Below are positions 43,495 through 51,182 of a DNA stretch of 64,000 nt, piece by piece. The notes beneath the pieces were generated by a model. That model was given only the letters and a program-made list of their open reading frames with translations. It did not search any database and was not told where the DNA came from. Source of the DNA: a bacterium. GTDB taxonomy: Bacteria; Patescibacteriota; Minisyncoccia; Sungbacterales; SURF-37. Every line of letters starts with the position of its first letter. Position 1 is the first letter of the stretch. The stretch is taken from contig JAUSHI010000009.1 in the NCBI GenBank assembly GCA_030648055.1, positions 112,769 to 176,768 on the forward strand, in the 5' to 3' direction. The translations under genes were made by a program, and so were the position numbers.

Positions 43495-43702
43495 AATTTT
43501 CTGTATTTTGATCCTTTGTCTCTTTGACTCTTTTTGATTTCGCCCGCGAAAATTTTTTTGATATACTTTTATCAGGCGGGTTACGTCGGGCGGCTACGGT
43601 TTCCCGAGACCCTTCTGGCACATGCAGATTGAGAGTCCGTCCGGCTAGCCTTCGACTTACTCAGGCCAAGCGGTTTGGCGGAGAGGATTTGCAAATTCGC
43701 CA

Positions 43703-43813
43703 ACAAAAAAGAAACAACTTGGTGCGCTGTGCTGGCGGATTTTTGTGCTCGGATTCAGGAAGGCGCTTAGTATGTGGTGGAGGAGCGTGAAGTATTCGGT
43801 GTCGAACGATTGA
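43703..43813 (+). pseudogene. Orphan duplicate of the ndh 3' end
   Basis: Translates to ..QLGALCWRIFVLGFRKALSMWWRSVKYSVSND*, against the ndh C-terminus ..QLIELRYLVFVLGFRKALSMWWRSVKYQMSND*. The 42-nt identical core is 43754..43795 = 41365..41406. Confidence 0.8.
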
Positions 43814-43815
43814 TA

Positions 43816-43844
43816 TTGACAAGTTATTTAAAGTAGAGTATATT
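43816..43844 (+). promoter_or_regulatory. Promoter TTGACA-17-TATATT
   Basis: Consensus -35 and a near-consensus -10, ~70 nt upstream of ATG 43912. Confidence 0.55.
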
Positions 43845-43911
43845 ATAAGCACAGTAAAAACAGCCCTTTACAAGCCCTTTAACAACCAAATACCAGAAAA
43901 GGATAAGAAAC

Positions 43912-44136
43912 ATGGATGAAAGAAGGCCTTGTTGCAGGAGAACTTCCTTAAAACTTTATATCGTGTTTTTCTTGGTTCTGGCAGGCGCTGTTATTACAGG
44001 TATTATACAAAGAGAAACTGGTTTTATGCCTATTGCATGGCGTTACATTGGCCAAACATGGACCGACGTCTTAATTTCAATTTTTTGCATCATTGTCGCA
44101 ACTGTCCTTGCTTTAAGACTGCGAGGTCAAAAATAA
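43912..44136 (+). CDS. Hypothetical small 2-TM protein
   Basis: 74 aa. AAAGGA RBS-like. Has its own promoter and a downstream hairpin. Confidence 0.5.
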   Translation: MDERRPCCRRTSLKLYIVFFLVLAGAVITGIIQRETGFMPIAWRYIGQTWTDVLISIFCIIVATVLALRLRGQK

Positions 44137-44231
44137 TAACAAGATCTTGCAAATAAGCCGACCCAAAAGTCGCACAAGCGACACAACAAGGGCGGTTCGA
44201 TGCATCACGCACGATCCGCCCCTTCTTTTTC

Positions 44232-45008
44232 TTAAAAATCAGATATTTTTTCAAGTTTGGCGGCAGACTTAACAATTTTGACAAATTCGATCGGATGCAA
44301 GCTTGCCCCGCCAACGAGCATGCCGTCCATGCCGCCGCCGTTTGAAGAAACAAACGGAGCGGCGTTTTTTGCGTTTACCGAGCCGCCATAGAGAATTCGT
44401 GTTGATGTATTAGTTGTTTTCCACAGGCGTTTCAGTATTTCTTGTATTGCCGCGAGCGCTATACGAGCGTGCTCCGGAGTTGCCGAGAGGCCGGTGCCGA
44501 TAGCCCAGACCGGCTCATAGGCGATAACGCCGTTCTTGAATGCAATTTTTGAGATGCCGTTCAGGTCTTTTTTAAGTTGTGTTTCCAATATCCTGCGTAT
44601 TTTTATTTCCGGCATACGTTTTTTCTCGCCGATGGCGAGCACCGGAATAATTCTATTTTTTAAAGCTGTTTTTATTTTTTTATTGATTTGTTTATCCGTC
44701 TCACCCAGCGCCCTTCGTTCGGAGTGGCCGATTATGCAGTAGCTGACGCAATCATCCCGCAGCATATCGGCCGAAATTTCGCCGGTGTAGGCGCCCCTTT
44801 CTTCCCAAAATAAATCTTGCGCTCCAAGTTTTGCTTTACGTAGTACCTTGGCGATGGGCACAAGGAATGGAAAAGGGGGCGCGACAACTATTTCTGCGTT
44901 AGGAGCATATTTTGCGCTTTTTTCTATTTTTTGGGCAAGCAGGACCGCTTTAGCAAGCGAGGAAGGGTTCATTTTCCAGTTCGCAATTATGAGTATTTTT
45001 TTTGACAT
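44232..45008 (-). CDS. tpiA: Triosephosphate isomerase
   Basis: Start MSKKILIIANWKMN (M37 of the track ORF); IGHSERR, AYEPVWAIGTG motifs. Confidence 0.93.
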   Translation of the reverse strand: MSKKILIIANWKMNPSSLAKAVLLAQKIEKSAKYAPNAEIVVAPPFPFLVPIAKVLRKAKLGAQDLFWEERGAYTGEISADMLRDDCVSYCIIGHSERRALGETDKQINKKIKTALKNRIIPVLAIGEKKRMPEIKIRRILETQLKKDLNGISKIAFKNGVIAYEPVWAIGTGLSATPEHARIALAAIQEILKRLWKTTNTSTRILYGGSVNAKNAAPFVSSNGGGMDGMLVGGASLHPIEFVKIVKSAAKLEKISDF

Positions 45009-45018
45009 GGGTTCATTT

Positions 45019-45108
45019 TCTCCCGATTTTGTTCCCGCTGAAAGCGGGATTACAAAATCGAGGATCCTCGATTCGTTAACCGCGCTTTGCGCGGGACGAA
45101 TCGGGACA
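45019..45108 (+). repeat. Palindromic MITE-like element, family B copy 2
   Basis: TCTCCCGAT..ATCGGGACA ends. Same central ATCGAGGATCCTCGAT (45057..45072). Flanking hairpins TCCCGC/GCGGGA and CCGCGC/GCGCGG differ from copy 1. Confidence 0.7.
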
Positions 45109-45143
45109 GTTGGCAATGATTAATTTTTTTGGCATGTTTGAAT

Positions 45144-45815
45144 TTAGCTATCGCTATTTTTACGCCTTAGATATTTTATTGATATCCAGACGAGTGCGGC
45201 AATTACCGCGGCAATGATCAATATATCAAGTTTGCGGAAATATGCTTCAAGTATATTCCAACGCTCCCCCAGAATTAAGCCGACATATGCGAGAGTCATG
45301 GTCCAAATAAATGAGCCGGCAAGCGTGTAGAAATTGAATTTCCAAAGATTCATATTTGCCACTCCGGCCGGGAAAGAAATGTAAGTTCTGATAACTGGCA
45401 ATAATCTTCCGAAAAAAACCGCCTGGACGCCATATTTTTGGAACCATTGCTCTGCTTTGGTAAGATGAGCTTCTTTTATGAAAAGTAAATAGCCCCAGCG
45501 CGACAAAAACGCCCCGCCGCCGTATTTCCCTATCCAATAAAGAACAAGCGAACCCGCGGAATTCCCAAGCGTTCCCGCCATAACCGCGAGCCAAAAGTTT
45601 AAAATCCCGCGTCCGGCAAGAAAACCGGAAAACGGCATGGTAATTTCCGAGGGTATCGGTATGGCAGCGCTTTCCAGAAGCATTAATAAAAATATGCCTG
45701 TATATCCCGCGCGTCCTATGATCTGTAAGATGAGAGAGCCGACTAATGCAATAACGATGGTGATGAAATTTCTAATATAGCCGACAAAGATAATAATGGT
45801 TTGGATAAAGCTCAT
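45144..45815 (-). CDS. DedA family membrane protein
   Basis: 223 aa. LLESAAIPIPSE and GRLLPVIRTYISFPAG motifs. Confidence 0.85.
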   Translation of the reverse strand: MSFIQTIIIFVGYIRNFITIVIALVGSLILQIIGRAGYTGIFLLMLLESAAIPIPSEITMPFSGFLAGRGILNFWLAVMAGTLGNSAGSLVLYWIGKYGGGAFLSRWGYLLFIKEAHLTKAEQWFQKYGVQAVFFGRLLPVIRTYISFPAGVANMNLWKFNFYTLAGSFIWTMTLAYVGLILGERWNILEAYFRKLDILIIAAVIAALVWISIKYLRRKNSDS

Positions 45816-46021
45816 TTGTTTTAGATTTTAACGGTTTTCTTTATATAAGTAAGGTGTTTGTAAAATTTTTCATTGCATAACCGCAACAACAAATTCAGGA
45901 GCGCGCGATGCAAAATAGAAAAAATTTGCTTGCTTCAAATTTTTACGAAAATTTTGTGAAGCGCGTGACATAAATTTGTTTGCGGTGGAGCTGAAAAATT
46001 TTACAAATGCCGAGCGCCATT

Positions 46022-47053
46022 TCATACTTTAATTTTTCGCAAAAATTTCGCGGCTTTTTCGGGGGCGATTGTGGATATATCAATGCCGGTTGATATTTCA
46101 AAGCCGGCCCAAATGGCGGTTTTTGGGATGATCTCAAGGTGCCAGTGATAGTGGTTAAATTCGGCCGTGGATGTTACCGGAGAAGTATGGATGAAAAAAT
46201 TATGGTCGGGGTTGCCAAGTCCTTTATAGAGTTTGGCTAAAGCTGTTTTTAGTGCGTCAGCGATCGCCGGCAAGTCGTCGTCCTCGCTTATTTCAAACCG
46301 GGGATTGTGGCGTTTTGGAAAAATGTGCACCTCAAATGCGGCTCTTGAAACGAAGGGGCAGAAAACAATGAAATCATTATTTTCATAAACTATGCGTCTT
46401 TTGTCCTTCATTTCAAAATCTATCATAACGCAGTGCACGCAGGCGTTTTTATGGGTGCGGGCGAAAAGTGCGGAGCCTTTTAAACTGCGTGAAATATCCG
46501 GAGGAATGACCGGGGTCGCGATAAGCTGTGAGTGGGGATGAAAAACACTGGCCCCCGCGCTCGGTCCGTGATTGTGGAATATGGATATGTATTCAACGCA
46601 GTCTTCGTCTTTTAGGGATTTGTAGCGCTCGCGGTAACTTTTAATTATGCTTTCAACTTCACGCTGAGTCATTTCCGCTATCGGGCGGGTATGATTGCGG
46701 GAAATTATTACCTCATGAAAGCCGACGCCATCCATCCAAGAGTGCGGACCAAGTTTTCGCTCCACTTGGCATATCCCTTTGTCAAAAGCCGGATATTTAT
46801 TGGGTACGACCTGCACAAACCAGTTTTTTTTTAGATAAGGCAGATCTTTTTTTGTTAATCGGTAAGATTCGTTTTTTCGGTCAATTATTAAAAGAGCGTT
46901 TTTCATCAGCTCTTCAAAACGGCAATTTTCTTTTGGCGGGATTGTCTTTTTTTCTTTGCGGGCAAACGCTTGCGGCCGTTTTGCCCGTCCGGTAGCGATT
47001 AGAACCCAGGCGCCGGTGACCGGGTCCTGCCTTAGTTCGGAGCTCTTCTTCAT
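46022..47053 (-). CDS. galT: Galactose-1-phosphate uridylyltransferase-like HIT-family enzyme
   Basis: 343 aa. Active-site FHPHSQL; RCPFC replaced by NCRFE context. Two HIT-like halves. Confidence 0.75.
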   Translation of the reverse strand: MKKSSELRQDPVTGAWVLIATGRAKRPQAFARKEKKTIPPKENCRFEELMKNALLIIDRKNESYRLTKKDLPYLKKNWFVQVVPNKYPAFDKGICQVERKLGPHSWMDGVGFHEVIISRNHTRPIAEMTQREVESIIKSYRERYKSLKDEDCVEYISIFHNHGPSAGASVFHPHSQLIATPVIPPDISRSLKGSALFARTHKNACVHCVMIDFEMKDKRRIVYENNDFIVFCPFVSRAAFEVHIFPKRHNPRFEISEDDDLPAIADALKTALAKLYKGLGNPDHNFFIHTSPVTSTAEFNHYHWHLEIIPKTAIWAGFEISTGIDISTIAPEKAAKFLRKIKV

Positions 47054-47060
47054 GCGAATT

Positions 47061-47792
47061 TTATTTTTTAAATTTATATTTCCCGCTGATAAAATTCCAT
47101 CTTATGTGAAAGACATCAAGAAAAACATTGAGATAGGCCTTGAGTGTTACCTTGCTGTCCGCTTCAAAGTGCCAACGCACCGGAATTATCGCCATTTTAA
47201 ATCCGAGCCTTTTTGCGAGCGCCAAGATTTCTATATCAAAAGCGAAGCCGGGTATGAGTTGCATCGAAAAAATAGCTTCGGCGGCTTTTTTGGTGAAGGC
47301 CTTAAAACCGTTTTGCGTGTCCCAAATGCCCCATACTCCGAAAATTTGAATGATAAGATTTCCTAATCTTCCCAGAATTTCCCTGTACCACGGCTCTTTG
47401 ACATCCCGGGCGGCGCCTTTGGCGTCTTTGGGGTCGCGCGAGCTGATTACGATGTCATGGCCCTTTTCAAAAAAAGGAATCATTTGGTCAAAATAATTCG
47501 GCACGGTTGAATTATCGGCGTCGGAAAAAAGACGGATGTCTCCTTGAGCGGCAAGCATTCCGACTTTCACCGCGTTACCTTTTCCTCTGTTTTCTATCTC
47601 TATAAGGCGCACATTTCCGAATTCCGCGGTGATTTTATTGATTATTTCCCTGGTTTTGTCTTTGGACGCGCTGTCGGCGATTAGAATTTCGTAGGAAAAA
47701 TTTTTTGTTTTAAGATAGGCCTCAACCTCGCGGAGCGTTTTTTCAATTCGTTTTTCTTCGTTATAGGTAGGTATTATCCAGGAAAGATGCAT
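47061..47792 (-). CDS. Family 2 glycosyltransferase (dolichyl/polyprenyl-phosphate glycosyltransferase-like)
   Basis: IIPTYNEEKRI, ADSASKD, DADNS motifs. Confidence 0.85.
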   Translation of the reverse strand: MHLSWIIPTYNEEKRIEKTLREVEAYLKTKNFSYEILIADSASKDKTREIINKITAEFGNVRLIEIENRGKGNAVKVGMLAAQGDIRLFSDADNSTVPNYFDQMIPFFEKGHDIVISSRDPKDAKGAARDVKEPWYREILGRLGNLIIQIFGVWGIWDTQNGFKAFTKKAAEAIFSMQLIPGFAFDIEILALAKRLGFKMAIIPVRWHFEADSKVTLKAYLNVFLDVFHIRWNFISGKYKFKK

Positions 47793-48063
47793 GTCAGTTT
47801 TATTTATGAGCGTAGTTAATAACTACCCGCCCGCCTTGAGTTCGCCATTTTATGGAATTATATGTTATTTTTACCATTGTATTGAACTAAGGATAACAAG
47901 TGATTTCCAGCAAGCACTCAAGGCGAAGTCGGGCGCGGTAAAATTGAGCACCTCGCCCCTTAAGCAACTCAAATTATTTTCATCTTTTTTATAAAGTTTT
48001 TCCATAATAACAATTATTATAATTCCAGCAACATAGAGGGTGGGGTAAAGACATTGTCAAAAT
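47793..48063 (-). repeat. Family A-like element, divergent and 5'-truncated copy A4 (ruvX|GT2 junction, minus strand)
   Basis: Minus strand reads TAA-ATTTTGACAATGTCTTTACCCCACCCTCTATG..GCTTAAGGGGCGAGGTGCTCAATTTTACC..GCTCATAAATAAAACTGAC-ATG. In-frame ORF at 47871..48005. Confidence 0.6.
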
Positions 48064-48465
48064 TTATTTAGAAGGTAAATTTTGACCACGCTCTTTGTCC
48101 AAATATGATTGCAAAATTATCGCCGCCGATGCCTTATCAAGATTTTCGGCGGAAATCCCGTTTCGCACGGCCATTTTTGTAGTCAGCACTTCATTTTCAA
48201 ATTCTATCGGCAAGTTTATTTCTTTTTTGAGCAACGAGGCGAATTTTTTTACTTCAAGCAGTTGTTTTGATTCTCCGCCGCCGAAGGGGATAGGGAGGCC
48301 GATGATTATTTTTCCTATTTTTTCTTTTTCAATAGTTTCTTTAAGGGCTGTTATAAGTTTTTCTGAGCCGGGTATGGTTTTGTGCGGAAAGGCGATACTC
48401 CCTCCTTCGTCTGAAATAGAGAGGCCGGTTCGTTTTTTTCCGTAATCAATACCGAGATACCTCAT
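48064..48465 (-). CDS. ruvX: Holliday-junction-resolvase-like / pre-16S rRNA nuclease YqgF
   Basis: MRYLGIDYGKKRTGLSISD start, 133 aa. Confidence 0.9.
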   Translation of the reverse strand: MRYLGIDYGKKRTGLSISDEGGSIAFPHKTIPGSEKLITALKETIEKEKIGKIIIGLPIPFGGGESKQLLEVKKFASLLKKEINLPIEFENEVLTTKMAVRNGISAENLDKASAAIILQSYLDKERGQNLPSK

Positions 48466-48920
48466 ACCAGGCGTTTTAAAAGCTCTTTCGGCGTTTCAAC
48501 TATTTCATGCACTAATTTTCTTGAAGAGGGTTCTTCGTATAAGTCTTTCGGGTAGTGGCCCATGAGTGTTTTGGGGTGCAAGGCGTAGATGGTTTTTCCA
48601 AGAGCCGCGGCCGCGAAAAGTTCGCCGTTGGTATTGGCACCCAGATATCCATCTTTATTGAAGATGAAGCAGACATCCGCTACCCGGACCTTGCGGAAAA
48701 GGTGGTCGTAAACCCTGCCGGCAACGGTCATTTTGTATGTTTCATCCTGCATCCGGTCTTTTTCATGCTGGTTTTCAAAATGAGGCGGCTTGGCTTCAAA
48801 TTCGGGGTCAAAAATAGTAAGATGAATGTTGCGCTTTGCGGCAAGACCGCGAAGGTCGTGGATGAAGCGGTCCATGTCTTTTCTAAAGCGCTGGCTTGAA
48901 CAAAATACTACGCTCTTCAT
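48462..48920 (-). CDS. Nucleoside 2-deoxyribosyltransferase-like (NDT/Rcl-fold) protein, paralogue a
   Basis: MKSVVFCSSQRFR.., VADVCFIFNKDGYLGANTNGEL. Clear paralogue of 50446..50871. 4-nt overlap with ruvX. Confidence 0.55.
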   Translation of the reverse strand: MKSVVFCSSQRFRKDMDRFIHDLRGLAAKRNIHLTIFDPEFEAKPPHFENQHEKDRMQDETYKMTVAGRVYDHLFRKVRVADVCFIFNKDGYLGANTNGELFAAAALGKTIYALHPKTLMGHYPKDLYEEPSSRKLVHEIVETPKELLKRLV

Positions 48921-48984
48921 GTCTTTATTATAACATCGCCCCTTTTATAATAACAAATCCGACAGGTGTTCTGTCGGATAAATA

Positions 48985-49746
48985 TTAGTGACTGATTTTG
49001 AAAAGCCGGCCGGCCGTCTTTGTGTTGATTTTTCTTGCGGCAAGAAGTTTCTTGGTCCACAATTCAAAAAATAGTTTTCCAAAAATCGGGAATTCGTTCA
49101 TGGAAAGAATGCGCGGCAGATCTTTCTTGAGTGCGATGATTACGTCCTCGGCGCTATGATAGATGTTTTTGCGCCGCAGGATTTTTCGTCCGTTAAAATG
49201 CATGGCAACAATCACATGGCGCGACGGATAGCGTTTGATGACGTCTTCCGGCGCAAAGAGGTAGTTGGGAATACCCGCCATATCAATGTAGGCCAACTCA
49301 AAGGCCGAACCGCCGGAAACTTTAAGCTCCGCGAAATGGCTGATTATGACCACCCGGTCATTGGGACCGAAGCGGAACAAGGTGCGTAATTCTGCGAGCC
49401 AGATGGGCATGAAATAGCCGGATAGTTCGCGGATTTTCATTTTCTCCTGCAACTTTCGCAAGAGCGGCTGTAGGAGGTCCATACGGGATCGCGCGACTTT
49501 CTCATCAAGCCGAGTAGGATCAACAATGCGTGGATCTACTCCTAATTTTTCAAATTCTCCGCGCACATTTTCAATTATTTCAGTAATACCTTTGCGCCAG
49601 CGCCTGCCATAGTCGCCGTACATTCCCTTTTTCTTTTTGTCTATTTTTTGAATACGGTAGAGGTTCTGGATTGAGCCCAGGAGGTATATATGAAGACGCA
49701 CGGGCTTTTTGCCGTCCTTGTTTTTACGGCTATTTCGTCTGCTCAT
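48985..49746 (-). CDS. Hypothetical protein with an NDT-like core
   Basis: 253 aa. LHIYLLGSIQN and IISHFAELKVSGGSAFELAYIDMAGIP resemble the NDT-fold pattern. Basic N-terminus. Confidence 0.4.
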   Translation of the reverse strand: MSRRNSRKNKDGKKPVRLHIYLLGSIQNLYRIQKIDKKKKGMYGDYGRRWRKGITEIIENVRGEFEKLGVDPRIVDPTRLDEKVARSRMDLLQPLLRKLQEKMKIRELSGYFMPIWLAELRTLFRFGPNDRVVIISHFAELKVSGGSAFELAYIDMAGIPNYLFAPEDVIKRYPSRHVIVAMHFNGRKILRRKNIYHSAEDVIIALKKDLPRILSMNEFPIFGKLFFELWTKKLLAARKINTKTAGRLFKISH

Positions 49747-49919
49747 TGTCTTCGCCCCTTTTTATGTTTTGCGCCTTTGAGGCAGAACCGATTTTTAAAA
49801 AGCTCGTGCCTTATTTGTAGCGCATAGGCTCTCTCGTGTAAAGCGGTTTTTTACGCAAAATAAAAACGGCGCCGAAGCGTCGTTTATTGCCCTTTTTAGT
49901 ATTAGCACAATTTGTTAAG

Positions 49920-50432
49920 TTAAATTTCCCGTAAGCGCTTTAAAAAATTGTACCATACTGGTTCAAGTCCGGGCGAGGATTGCCATTCAGCGTCGGCGGA
50001 GAACGCGGAGGTGAGCGTGGAAAGGTCGTAGAGCGGTATTTTGTGCTTCGCAGAAAATTCTTCAGTGCGGCGCGCCAGAGCGGAAAGCCGTTCAGGTGTG
50101 GCCCATTCAGCTGATTTGGTTTCGTCTTCGGCGCGTTTTAATTCGCCGCTCCACTCGCTCGCGCGGAATATTTCCCATTGATGATGTGTTCCTTCATCTC
50201 TGCGGCAGGGGTTGGGCGTTTCAGCGCTGAATAAGTGTTCCATGTTTGAGGTAGCGATTCCGGTTTCTTCCATAAGTTCTCTTTTTGCTCCGTCGCGGAA
50301 CGAATCGCCATCAAGGTGTCCGGCCGGAAGCGCAAATCCCGCGGGAAATTTTTTTCTCTCAATTATTAAAGTACGGCCGCCTTTCTGGACGAGGATGCCG
50401 ACGCTTTTATGGTCGCATACTTTGTCGGACAT
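49920..50432 (-). CDS. Nudix hydrolase
   Basis: Nudix box GHLDGDSFRDGAKRELMEETGI. Confidence 0.8.
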   Translation of the reverse strand: MSDKVCDHKSVGILVQKGGRTLIIERKKFPAGFALPAGHLDGDSFRDGAKRELMEETGIATSNMEHLFSAETPNPCRRDEGTHHQWEIFRASEWSGELKRAEDETKSAEWATPERLSALARRTEEFSAKHKIPLYDLSTLTSAFSADAEWQSSPGLEPVWYNFLKRLREI

Positions 50433-50445
50433 TTTTTCCTCCTTA

Positions 50446-50871
50446 TTAAATTAGGCGCTTTACCAAATCTTCCGGTTTTTCAATAATTTCCGTAAAAAGA
50501 ATATCGCGGCAAATTTCTCCGCCCTGGCCTACTGGTTTTTCCATCTCAAGCGCGTAGATGACCATGTTTTTGCCGTGCGCGAATCCGAGTTCAAGGGTGG
50601 TGTTGATGCCAAGGTAGCCCTGCTTGTTATAAATGTAGCAGACGTCGGCTTTTCTGATGTGGTCAAAATGTTCGTGTACCATTGCTGGCACGCGGTCGCG
50701 GTATGATTTTGACGCCAGCCGGTCCTTTTCAGTTTTGGTAAGCATAGCTTTTCTTTGGCGCTCAAAATTGGGTTCAAATACAACGGGGACGCCAAGCTTG
50801 CGAAGTTTTATAGCAAAGCCCCGGATTTCTTCTCTATATCGCTGAGAACCGCAAATAACCACGGATTTCAT
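50446..50871 (-). CDS. Nucleoside 2-deoxyribosyltransferase-like (NDT/Rcl-fold) protein, paralogue b
   Basis: MKSVVICGSQRYR.., KADVCYIYNKQGYLGINTTLELGFAHGK, ..PEDLVKRLI. Confidence 0.55.
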   Translation of the reverse strand: MKSVVICGSQRYREEIRGFAIKLRKLGVPVVFEPNFERQRKAMLTKTEKDRLASKSYRDRVPAMVHEHFDHIRKADVCYIYNKQGYLGINTTLELGFAHGKNMVIYALEMEKPVGQGGEICRDILFTEIIEKPEDLVKRLI

Positions 50872-50972
50872 AATATTTTTGCCAGTGAGATTTATTTCTC
50901 GCTGGTCTTGTTATTTATATTGAAAGCGTAGCATTCGGGTATTAATTTTGCAATAAATCCTCACAGCTTTTC

Positions 50973-51068
50973 GCGGGGCATTGACATTACGGGAAGGAAT
51001 TAACTTCACACCCATTCACCCCCGTGGCAAGACCGCAGGGTATTTTGCGAAGGTGAGGGGATAAATTC
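50973..51068 (+). repeat. Family R repeat, copy 2
   Basis: GCGGGGCATTGA..GGAAGGAAT-TAACTTCACA..GAAGGTGAGGGGATAAATT aligns with 13911..14009. Confidence 0.55.
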
Positions 51069-51182
51069 AAGTTTTTTGCCGGGCAGTTCAGAAGATTTAA
51101 GGCCGAGGGTGGCGGATTTTGTTTGATTTTCGCAAATAGGAATAAATTGCGGTGTGGCCGAAAATATCTTATGGTATAAAAG

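Noticed and set aside
43560-43700. Comparatively GC-rich ~140-nt non-coding stretch after the 635-aa ORF, considered as SRP RNA, 6S RNA or tmRNA
   Set aside because: I could not find the SRP domain IV motif (GGAA tetraloop context with AGCAGC), a tmRNA tag-ORF/tRNA-like end, or 6S architecture. Only short local hairpins are present (TCGGG/CCCGA, GCCAA/TTGGC). Left unassigned; a covariance-model scan would settle it.
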